This document shows positions 36,770-47,756 of a stretch of DNA of 64,000 nucleotides, in pieces. Position 1 is the first letter of the stretch. Every line of letters starts with the position of its first letter. Below the pieces are notes generated by a model. That model did no database searches and was not told the DNA's origin. It saw only the letters and a list, made by a program, of their open reading frames with translations. The DNA comes from Antedon mediterranea. Taxonomy: Eukaryota; Animalia; Echinodermata. The stretch spans positions 24,659,432 through 24,723,431 of the forward strand of contig NC_092679.1 of assembly GCF_964355755.1 (NCBI RefSeq), given 5' to 3'. Position numbers and translations under genes: made by a program.

Positions 36770-38220
36770 TCTGGCTTTCAGTCTCCTTTTAGGAAGGAGT
36801 ACAGGGTAAACAACTTACCCAGGGCAGTCCCCTAGACATGCTGTTGTAAACAAGTTACAAGTATCATGGTTGTTTTTAATAACATGCCACTGTCCAGCTT
36901 CATCCCTCCTTAGTATGTGGTAAACAACTTACCCAGGGCAGTCCCCTAGACATGCTGTTGTAAACAAGTTACAAGTATCATGGTTGTTTTTAATAACATG
37001 CCACTGTCCAGCTTCATCCCTCCTTAGTATGTGGTAAACAACTTATACAGGGCAGTCCCCTAGACATGCTGTTGTAAACAAGTTACAAGTATCATGGTTG
37101 TTTTTAATAACATGCCACTGTCCAGCTTCATCCCTCCTTAGTATGTGGTAAACAACTTATACAGGGCAGTCCCCTAGACATGCTGTTGTAAACAAGTTAC
37201 AAGTATCATGGTTGTTTTTAATAACATGCCACTGTCCAGCTTCATCCCTCCTTAGTGTGTGGTAAACAACTTATCCAGGGCAGTCCCCTAGACATGCTGT
37301 TGTAAACAAGTTACAAGTATCATGGTTGTTTTTAATAACATGCCACTGTCCAGCTTCATCCCTCCTTAGTGTGTGGTAAACAACTTATCCAGGGCAGTCC
37401 CCTAGACATGCTGTTGTAAACAAGTTACAAGTATCATGGTTGTTTTTAATAACATGCCACTGTCCAGCTTCATCCCTCCTTAGTATGTGGTAAACAACTT
37501 ACCCAGGGCAGTCCCCTAGACATGCTGTTGTAAACAAGTTACAAGTATCATGGTTGTTTTTAATAACATGCCACTGTCCAGCTTCATCCCTCCTTAGTGT
37601 GTGGTAAACAACTTATCCAGGGCAGTCCCCTAGACATGCTGTTGTAAACAAGTTACAAGTATCATGGTTGTTTTTAATAACATGCCACTGTCCAGCTTCA
37701 TCCCTCCTTAGTATGTGGTAAACAACTTACCCAGGGCAGTCCCCTAGACATGCTGTTGTAAACAAGTTACAAGTATCATGGTTGTTTTTAATAACATGCC
37801 ACTGTCCAGCTTCATCCCTCCTTAGTGTGTGGTAAACAACTTATCCAGGGCAGTCCCCTAGACATGCTGTTGTAAACAAGTTACAAGTATCATGGTTGTT
37901 TTTAATAACATGCCACTGTCCAGCTTCATCCCTCCTTAGTATGTGGTAAACAACTTATCCAGGGCAGTCCCCTAGACATGCTGTTGTAAACAAGTTACAA
38001 GTATCATGGTTGTTTTTAATAACATGCCACTGTCCAGCTTCATCCCTCCTTAGTGTGTGGTAAACAACTTATCCAGGGCAGTCCCCTAGACATGCTGTTG
38101 TAAACAAGTTACAAGTATCAGGGTTGTTTTCAATAACATGCTGCCGTCTAGCTTTGTGTTTTCTTTTATGAAGGAGTGTGCAGGTAAACAACTTATCCAG
38201 GGCAGTCCCCAAGACAGGCT
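36770..38220. repeat. Tandem array, 114-bp unit, about 12 copies
   Basis: CCTAGACATG at 36831, 36945, 37059...; both terminal units are degenerate. Confidence 0.95.
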
Positions 38221-39681
38221 GCTTGTAATCACATGACAATACCAGGGAAGAGTTAAATTGTAATTTAACTCTTCCTGAAACTACCAATCAAGATTATTAG
38301 GCAGTTATTTTGAAATAAAATTGTTTAGAAAAAAAAATCATTTATCGACGTAGCTCATCCTGTATTTGCATTTTTATTTAATAAGCCTTTTCTAAACACA
38401 CATTTTTTGCTTTAGCCATTGAGTTGTTATCCAACAGTTAGTATTGTTTTAATATTATGTATTACTATTATTGTTTTGCATCAATTTCTGTTTAAATCTA
38501 CTGTAGTGCAAGTAATTACAGTTGAACTTAAAGGAAACTCCTGTACATAAATTTAATTTTTTACTTCAGTCTTAATTTCAAATGTATAAAGTTAATTGGT
38601 CTTGCACCAGATATTTGAAATAAATGAAATCAAATTTCTATTTTTATGACATGTGTATTATAAATAACATAATGTTCTTGTTCTATGAATGTTATCTATA
38701 TGGTTTAAATATTTTGATTTCAATGCATTTTTTCATTCAATAAATGACATAAACCATGTAGTTTTGGAGTTGCTTATTTTTCTTTTGTCCTGTCTTTTGC
38801 GCGGCCATCTAATGACCTAAATTATTTCTGTTTGAGTGAAAGTTCATACCTGCTGATAGAGAGTACCCTGGGAGATTACGGAATTAGCCATTTACATAAA
38901 AAAAGAAGAGACTAAACCGTGATAAACGATTGGAATTATCGTCCTTGTATAGTGAAATGACACGTCATCAGGAGAGACGGGTCAATGTTTTTTAACTTTG
39001 AGGGGTCCCAAACAGGATGATACCCTTAATTGTGGTTAATAGTTTGTTGGCAGCAAAGTATTGAGATAACATAGTTAATGGGTGTTGGTAGTATTAATGT
39101 TTGAATATTAGGGTGAGAATAAAGGCGGTTGTTTGTGGTACCAATTTAAGGCAAACGCAAGCCTAAGGATTCAATGTGACAAGCGATTAGAATTTGCACT
39201 GCATCACACGCTCTCACATGGTCCTTTCGGCAAATTTATACATTGTCTGTTCTGGCCCTAAAGGCCTCCCATATTTATCATCAACTGCAGAGTATAAAAA
39301 AATAGGCCTTTTAACAATTATAGTAACATTTTTATTGATAATACAGTACATTAGCAGTCATTTATTTGGATCTTATTCTGGGGAGAATACCATATTTATT
39401 TGAATAAATTGTTCAGAGGAGGAGTAGTCACGGTGCATCCTCAAATAAATACCCCTAGATACAGTACATTAAAATGCTTGGTTAATTGTAGATTCTGTCA
39501 AACATTGAATTCTACACCAAATACATGTGTTTAATGAAAAAAAAAAAGGGCCCCCAAGCGTTTATTGGAGGAGAGGGTGTGGTTGTTTAAAATGATGCAT
39601 TATAAGGGGAATTTTTTTCAAGGGAGGCATTCAAATAAATACGGTACTACTGTCAATATTAAAATGATGATTGGTATGCTG

Positions 39682-42600
39682 CTAAGCTACGCTAGATAAA
39701 ACATTAAAAAAATGATAAACTTCATCCTTATCATACATTGCAACTTCTGTTTTACATGTACTACAATGAACAGGGTGGAACACCTCCTCTGGCTCTGTGC
39801 AACTCCCTCCTGCAACATCTTTACTTTTTTTCTTTTTCTTGTGTCGGTTCTTTGTAATGTTTGGTTTATATCGCAGTATTTCTGCATGGATAATATTACA
39901 ATTAATAACAAACATTGCCCTAAATTGATGGTGATATTTCTCATGACGTTGACAGTCAATACATAATGTAGTCATACAAGCTGGGCAGTTTAGTACTGCA
40001 TCACTTAGAGGTCCTTTAGATGGGTTGCCGCTGTTGTCACTTGAAGAGCTTGGTCCAACTCCTGGTAGATGCTGATTGGGATGATACATTTTTCTTTGTT
40101 TATCTATCCATTGCTGATTGTCCTCATCAATAGCTGGATCATACATTAGCTCATCATTTGATAATACTTTGTGTTTTATTTTACCTGCACAAAAAAACAA
40201 AATAAATCAACAAAAATTGTTTTTCTAGACTTCTGTTATGGATTATTTTGCACCATATTTTTTTTTATACCTGATTTTGTATCTTCATCATCTGAATCAA
40301 AATAAACATCATCATAACATTCTTCTGCTGGATTCCCAGGGTTCAAGTCACCAGATCTCAAGTCACCAGATTTACCTTTGAAAAAAATTAAATTATGTTA
40401 AAAGGATAGTATATTTAATGGATTTTTTGTGTGTGTTACACACAACATTTAAGAACTATCCTAACAAATTAAGCTTGAGCATATTTGGCCCTTTGTGTGT
40501 CTACTCCTGGCATACTTACTGAGCTGTGCTTTTTCATATTGTTTCATTTTTTCATTTAATTCCTTTTCCATTTCTTTATCAAATTCATCTTCACTTGATG
40601 ATAATTGTAGACTTCCACGACTTAAAGACCGAGTCAGTTTTCTTTTTCTCTCTGGTGTTCCATGAAGAAGAATATCAAGCTCATCTTCAGAACTAAATAT
40701 AATAATAATTAAAATATAAGATATAAGTTATTAAATGAGAATTGCTAATAATATTTAATAAACAAACATTTTTTCCCGATCGTCTCTTGCTGGTTATGAT
40801 GCTTGGCTACAAATCCAAGGGGTCTTGACATCATTTTATATCATAAAACCTTACCACCAGGGCCAGCCCTCTTTACCTAGCTAACTAAACTAGCGAGGAA
40901 TGCCACCTTTCATTTAAAGAAAGGTTAACCTTCTTTAACGCTTTTAATTTATGTTTATCCTTTGAAATTAGAAAAAGAATATATTTATATATATATATAT
41001 ATTCTATTTATAAATCCAAAGGTAAATTACTGAAAAAAATGACAATGCTGTGGGTATCAGTGGCTGGATCTCAATGGAGATACAAAAATAAAAAGCGAAA
41101 AGCTAAATCAAAACGATAAAGTAAACAGCCAGAAAAGTTAGCAGAGCTTTCGGGCAACACTAGCCCTTCATCAGTGCCAGTGAAGGAATTTGGATAACGT
41201 CATAACGGATAACGTCATATATTCTATTTATATATATATATATATATATATAAATCCAAAGGCAAATTACTGAAAACAATGACAATGCTGTGGGTATCAG
41301 TGGCTGGATCTCAATGGAGAAACAAAAAAAAAAGCGAAAAGCTAAATCAAAACGATAAAGTAAACAGCCAGAAAAGTTAGCAGACCTTTCGGGCAACACT
41401 AGCCCTTCATCAGTGCAAGTGAGGGAATTATATATATAAACACATCAGGCAAAGAACATTCTAAACCGCCCGGTGATATACTGAAATTTAATTAACGCCG
41501 TGGTTAGGATTCCGGCACCGGAACTCAACTGCCCACCGTTAGGGAATCCGACACGCTATTGCGCATGCTCAGAGCTCTGGGAAGTGAATAATTATAGCTT
41601 GTGCCACACTGCACACCACACTACCACTGCTGAGGGCCGGCTGAGAGTCGGAGTGTTAGGATTTACTGTAGCCTAGTTAGTCGTTGCGCGAGCGAGAGAG
41701 CGATGGATTAAACTTGGCCTAGGCCATACATGAATTAATAATTAAAATACGAATACGCCAGGCGCCACGCGTTAAAATAATTATTATGATATTAATAAGA
41801 ATCGGTATATCTATCTACCGTAAGAATCGTAATGCTGTATTTAGCGTTGCGACCCCGACTTCCCGAACAGTTTTTTCACATCCACGCGGTGGCTGCCGTC
41901 AATAAATTAACTTGTGATTGCATGTTATGTACAGTTTATAATGCGTTATATGAAATCTTTTATTTTGTACTTGCAAAATCATAAAACTAGTCAACTCATG
42001 TAATTATATAATTCATAATTAGGCCCTATATGAAGTTTATATATGAATGAAGCAACCACTTTTTAATTACAAAATAAATAGGCCCACTGGTCACGTCTAG
42101 CTGGTATTTACTATTAGTGGATCCCGTTATTAGTAGGCATCTACGCTAGTTCGCCGTGGCGGAGCTATGAAATGATCCATCGCTGTTGAGTCACCGATTA
42201 CCGGCGCTCTGGGCATGCGCAATAGCGTGTCGGATTCCCTAACGGTTGGCAGTTGAGTTCCGGTGCCGGAATCCTAACCACGGCGTTTAATTAATTAATT
42301 TGAAACGATCCAGAGTTTGAGTCTCGGTTTGGGGCGACTTTTTCTCATTCTCACAGATTTCCTCATCTTTAACGTTTCAAATTAATTAATTATATACTGT
42401 ATATATATATATATGTTATGCGCGATTTGAACGATTTGCGCAATTTGAAATTGCGCAAAAAAATCTTTGCGCAATTTGAAATTGCGCAAAGAATTCTTGC
42501 GCAATTTAAAATTGCGCAAGGATTTTTTTGCGCAATTTCAAATTGCGCAATCAACTTGCGCAATTTCAAATTGCGCAAGAAAATCTTTGCGCAATTTTAA

Positions 42601-43543
42601 ATTGCGCTGCACAATTTGTAAATTGCGCAAGGTAGTTCTTGCGCAATATGACACCTTTGCGCAATTTGAAAACGAACTGTAAATTTTCCCATACATGGCT
42701 AGGCTAGGCCTAGGCAGAGGAGTTTAAAATTTAGTATTTTATTATATAAATAAGACCATTTCAATGAAGATAATGTTTAATACTCACTTTTTAAGTTTTT
42801 AATATTAGTTTAGCTAGGCCATGTAACCTAGTCAGTATCAGTAGTCCAGACCCTAGCTAGGCTAGAGTAGTAGGCTATAGCCGGCCGCGCCCGCCTGGTG
42901 GAACACCACCGCTTCGTTTTCTTTCGTCGGTTCTTCGACGGTATCAGTCTGGACGGTATGCTAACTTATAACAATATTTACACTACTAAAATAAGGAAAT
43001 GCAATATTTATCTTTAATTTTGAATCATTCTTAGAAATTACTATAAAAATATGGGTGTGCATGATTTCACAATCTGTCGAAAAACCTTGCGCAATTTGCA
43101 GATTACTTGCGCAATTTAATACGTTGCTTGCGCAATTTGAAACATGTTTCAATTCAAATTGCGCAAGGATTTTTTTTGCGCAATTTCAAATTGCGCAAAT
43201 CGTTCAAATCGCGCATAACATATATATATATAAATATGTGGAAAAATCATTTAAAATTTAGTAGGATAGGCCTAGTCTAGCTGGAAATACGGTCGAAGCG
43301 CCCGCCAACCAACAAAGAGGCCTAAGCAGGATACTGTAGGCCTAGCCTCTATCTAGCTATGAGGTCTAGCCGTGACGTGTTGGCTAGAGAGCTGAGAAGT
43401 GTTTATTAATTAGGGCCTGGCCCTAGCTAGGCCTACGTTGTTATACATTTTTACAGGGAGCTCATTTTCTAACAAAAACCTAACCTCTGCTGGTCTTCTG
43501 CTGCCTCTTCATCACTATCTTCGTATATTATATAATCTGTCAT
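39682..43543 (-). CDS. EAPP: E2F-associated phosphoprotein; 4 exons, 279 aa
   Basis: Exons 43543-43485 (MTDYIIYEDSDEE), 40692-40520 (SEDELDILLHGTPERKRKL..SSSEDEFDKEMEKEL), 40375-40271 (YDDVYFDSDDED), 40184-39682 (LSNDELMYDP..SDAVLNCPACMTTLCIDCQRHE..QFRAMFVINC..FHPVHCSTCKTEVAMYDKDEVYHFFNVL). GT-AG introns, 840 nt in frame. Confidence 0.95.
41139..41180 (-). ncRNA. Minimal type I hammerhead ribozyme motif
   Basis: Minus strand UGGCA-CUGAUGA-A-GGGC-UAGUGUU-GCCC-GAAA-GC-UC-UGCUA: conserved core, 4-bp stem II, palindromic AGCU in place of stem III, stem I UGGCA/UGCUA. Confidence 0.75.
41378..41418 (-). ncRNA. Second minimal hammerhead motif (variant)
   Basis: UUGCA-CUGAUGA-A-GGGC-UAGUGUU-GCCC-GAAA-GG-UC-UGCUA; the stem III palindrome is broken (AGGU) and stem I is shorter. 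Confidence 0.55.
41496..42285. mobile_element. Mutator-like MITE
   Basis: About 80-bp near-perfect TIR CGCCGTGGTTAGGATTCCGGCACCGGAACTCAACTGCC..GCGCATGC; perfect 9-bp TSD TTTAATTAA (41487-41495 and 42286-42294). Confidence 0.85.
42414..43220. mobile_element. MITE inserted in (TA)n, TGT..ACA termini (Ginger-like)
   Basis: TIR TGTTATGCGCGATTTGAACGATTTGCGCAATTTGAAATTGCGCAAAAAAA; many TTGCGCAA palindromes in both arms; TATA flanks on both sides. Confidence 0.8.
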
Positions 43544-44037
43544 TCTACTCTAGGCCCTTGGCTGGCTAGCGTAGTAATAGTATTTTAATGACAGTTTCGG
43601 TAACGTCGTTTATAATTCGCGATCACATTTGTAGCGTTTATATTTTACCGACGCAATATGAAACGCCAAAAAGGCAATATAGAAAAAACAAATATTTTTA
43701 TACCTGTTGATTTTCTATTATAATTATATTTCAGCAACAAAAAATGTTGTTCTTTTCAATCGATTTGATTTAATTATTTATTTATTTTATTAAACAATAA
43801 CAGCAGAAACAAATCCTTACAAAACATACGACAACACAAACTCGGAATAACTTTATAATGAATTGTTTATTTTTAATTTAGATTTTTAAATTATAAGAAT
43901 TATTAAAATAATTCTTATAATTTCAACTTCTACTGGTAACATGTATTATTACCCAAATTACTATAAAAACTGCACATTTAAATAAAAACATTTTAAACAT
44001 ATTGCATATCAGTTTTAATGTTAAAAATATCTTGAGA

Positions 44038-46019
44038 TTACTGAGGATAAATTTCAGCGATGTGATCAATAATATTTTCAAAACATTGGAGCAGATCCTT
44101 TCCATACTCCTCCCTCCACATAAACTCATCTAAATACTCATTAAGCCATTCTCTCTTAACCCCTTTCATAGCTTTAAACTTGCTCTTAGCTTTGTTCCAG
44201 TAAGATTCTACAATTTGTTTGGTGTAGACCTCACCTACTGGATTCACAAAATGACGGTTGTCGGCGATTCCATGAAGGGTGGAGTCCCTTCTGTAGGTGG
44301 TCCATTTGTCCGAGTGAATGACCGTACCGTCCTGGGTCTTGTCCTCGATGATGGGTAAAAGTGTTGTTGCTTCACGATCTTCCACGTAATGTAGGTAACC
44401 ACGTGCTGGCTTCGTCGACGTATCTACCAGTCCAAAAATCCACTGTTGACCACAACCATTCTGTTTAAAAAATAATAATGATTATTATGATGATGGGATT
44501 AAAGCAAAACCATTTAAATTAAAGCAGCTAAGTATTCATTTAAAAAATTCCGATTTGATCTTCAACACTTAGGGTATGTCTTTTAGTTTTCAAAATGGCG
44601 ATGGAATCAAGAACTCTAATATTTGTGTAGCTTTGTTATTACAAGATAATAATTGTTATTGTTTTAGACATTTTTGGTTAATATAATCAGCTTTAATAAA
44701 ACTGGAGACGTTGACGTCTAAGAATGTCACAGTGAATTATTGCATAATTTGTTTTAGTTTTTTTTTTCTGCCAAATCTACGTTTAACACTTTCTAAAAAA
44801 AACGTGATAGCCTTACCTTTTTACCTTGGCTGAAGCAACGTTCAACGGTCTGTACAGTGATACCAGGGCCCCCAAGTAATGCTGCTGGTGTTGCCAATAG
44901 CTTCCTAGAGCAAAGGTCTCGGAGGAACCGATATTGTTGAATGACCACTTTAGGCTTCAGACCAGTGTGGACAATAGCCTACAAATAAATATTCAAATAC
45001 ATTTTTTAATAGATAAATCAATACGGTGTCATCATACACACCATCAGTCCCTATATTATGTTTGTTGTTATTAATTTTCTTATTTCAATGTGTGTATATT
45101 GTGGATATATGGTTTATATTTATACTAAGACATTATGCACATCCATACAATACAATATAGAATTGATCATCTCATGAGAAAAGGCTCCGCCTTCTAGTAT
45201 GTGGCCCTATCAACAGTTTTTTATTTTCTTTAAAATTATCTTAAACTGTTGATGAATAAATGTATAATGAAAAAATGAAATACTATAAATGACACAGCAT
45301 AATATAATGTACATTATATTTGGGAAATGTTGTTGATTACTTACCTGTTTTACAGGTGTTTCTGCGGCCCAGTAGTAAACCAGATTCAACCAGTTATCCA
45401 TTTCTATTTTTTGGCCAGACAAGAACGTCCCAGTTCGCATTGCAATCGTTCGCCTACAGCGATGACACCGCCAAACCAATCCATCAGAACCTTTAACATT
45501 ATTAGTATTTCATTAATATCAAAAATGTCCTGGGACCACAAAACCAAAAAAAGTCACCATAACATGATATGTCTGGGGCCCCAGAAGAAAACCATATAAT
45601 TACTTATCAATATACATTTCAAAATATATAATGGTAAAAAAAACCCGAATGCACACAGGAGGATTCAACAACATACATCATTTTGCATTTGATTTCTCAA
45701 TAATTAAAAATACAAGGTACAAATTGTATAAGTATGACTTTTATATTTCTAAATCGTAACTCTTAAAAATGTCCTCGTATAATTGGACGTTTTGCCCTTA
45801 CGTATAATTAGTGCATTTGTTTCCGTTCTTAGGCAATAAAAACAACATTATTATTGTAGATGCAAAACAGAAACATAACTTACGATTACGGGTTGACGTG
45901 TACATAGGAATGTTGCAATACCCACAATTCTTCGCTGTGGGGTACAGACCTCTACGTTTGAAAAACTCCATGTAATCATCTAATCCATTGAACGTGTACG
46001 GACCGATCTTTGGTAACAT
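44038..46019 (-). CDS. Merlin/IS1595 (ISXO2-like) transposase-derived protein; 4 exons, 288 aa, intact frame, first catalytic Asp apparently substituted
   Basis: Exons 46019-45884, 45490-45345, 44978-44817, 44460-44038 (136+146+162+423=867 nt; GT-AG; phases 1,0,0). Zn ribbon CGYC..WRCHRC, R.GTF, LVYYW, LGGPGITVQTVERCF, QWIFG, VEDREATTLLPII, GTVIHSDKW..Y, HFVNP, IVESYW, YLDEFMWR. Confidence 0.85.
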
Positions 46020-47052
46020 ACTTAAATTGTAGATTTATTGCAATGTGACTTAATTAAATGGTACAAATGGCAAAATTGTTCTGACTTTATACTTTTTTTT
46101 AGGGCGGAGCGATGCAATATTTCTATAGCTTTTGTTGTATTATTAAGGAAGGTATTGTGCGATTTACTTTTGTGCACAGATTTAGAACGCGCAAGGCGTG
46201 TTTCAAAAGAATGGGCGCTGTTACATAGACAGGGCGGAGAGCGCTTGAGTGGTACATCAATTAGACACTTTTGATTCTTTGATTTCGTTGTTTAATTTAT
46301 GCTCAAAATGCAAACTAATTTTTTATTATAAGCTTACTCGAACCAGTCTTAAAATTGAACACATTTCTATACACTGGACCTAAACTCTGGAATTTACTGC
46401 CTTTATCTCTTAAAAAATCACATAACTGTTCTCTTTATTTAAACGTAAATTTAAACTTATAAATGATTCAATGTTCTTTGTAATTTCTATAATTAGGTCC
46501 TATATTGACATATTTGGATATTATCTTAAATAAATTATCCTAAATAATTTATATAATCTATATTACTTGAAATAAAATAAATATGTTTTAGAGAAAATAT
46601 ATTAGTATTACTATTAGTTAAGAAAAAAATCTTCATTTTTATATGAAGTCTGAACTGCAGTTATTCCTGAGTTCCAATCAGGGGTGACGTTCATTAGCTT
46701 TACGTTAGAAAATCAAAATAGTAAAAAAATGTTTTTGGTCCTGTTGAGTAAACATTCCCTGCAACTCCTACCGTCACAAACATTTAAAAAATAGAGCTGC
46801 TAAGTCCCCATAAATTGCACTTAATCATGTATAGAATAAAATAATCATACTAGCTAGCTACCTGATTTTAGGTTATTAATAGCAATTTCAATTAGCTTAA
46901 TTGTTGTCGACTTTACTTAGTCCTACTGCAAAGACCTGAACCCAGAGAGAGGATCATTAGAATAGTGCCACGACATGGTCACGCTCTGGAATGCATAATT
47001 TTCATAAATCACATATGATAAATTCCTGGTTTAAAGAAGTACCACTGTAGTC

Positions 47053-47158
47053 TAACAAGGCCAACAGCCATAAGTCGCATCACGCATAGTGATACCGGAC
47101 CGACAGACAGACCGACCGACCGACATAGTGAACTATAGAGTTGCGTCCACGCGACTAA
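47053..47158 (-). mobile_element. Short internally deleted copy of the Helentron-like element at 51056
   Basis: Reverse complement starts TAGTCGCGTGGACGCAACTCTATAGTTCACTATGTCGGTCGGTCGGTC and ends GGCCTTGTT. Confidence 0.75.
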
Positions 47159-47756
47159 ATATCCACAACCATTTTTTTATAAATAATAATTATTACAATA
47201 GTGGGATGAGGACTAAAGGAAAAATGTCCTTAATCCATACTCTTTTCGAGTATCGATTTCAGTCCCGCACCAGCACAAGATGTTCTCCGCTGTCTAAATC
47301 TAGACTGGTCCAATACAATATTTCAAACTTCTCGGGCATCTGCCTACTTCCTTTCTAGAAGGAAGAAAATAAATATTTTGTTGAATTGAAGATAAAAATC
47401 CATTCAATTCAATCAAAACAATACAAGAATCCAATGATATGTTTTCAAGCATGAGTAATACAAAGACAACAAGACACCGATTCCATCTCTACCAACAGCA
47501 TTAATATACAGGTATGTTTTATACTTTCCCCAAGTCTGTATATTTTCTTTTTTATTTATTTTTTTTCCCATTTTTGTCTGAAAATACAAGCTCAAGTAGT
47601 ATACGTATGAAACACCACATGTGCCAAAATATTTATCTTTTACTAATAATAAGTCAAAACTTCGTCTGGAAAAGACTAGTATGTTTTTTACCATTGAGTA
47701 ATTATTACTTCATGGTTTTACGTAATAGTTTCTACAAATTAATCACATAAACGATC

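Larger units (their letters stand above)
40985..41440 (-). repeat. Tandem pair of about 239-bp units (Penelope-like pLTR / retrozyme-like) bounded by (TA)n
   Basis: TAAATCCAAAGG..GACAATGCTGTGGGTATCAG..CTAGCCCTTCATCAGTGC is present twice; period 239 at the ribozyme motif. Confidence 0.75.

Noticed and set aside
42390-42682. LRNLKLRK repeat ORFs
   Set aside because: Translation of TTGCGCAA palindromic repeats in MITE arms.
46251-46275. GGTACATCAATTAGACAC as the TIR of the Merlin gene
   Set aside because: It points away from the gene and no inverted partner was seen in the window.
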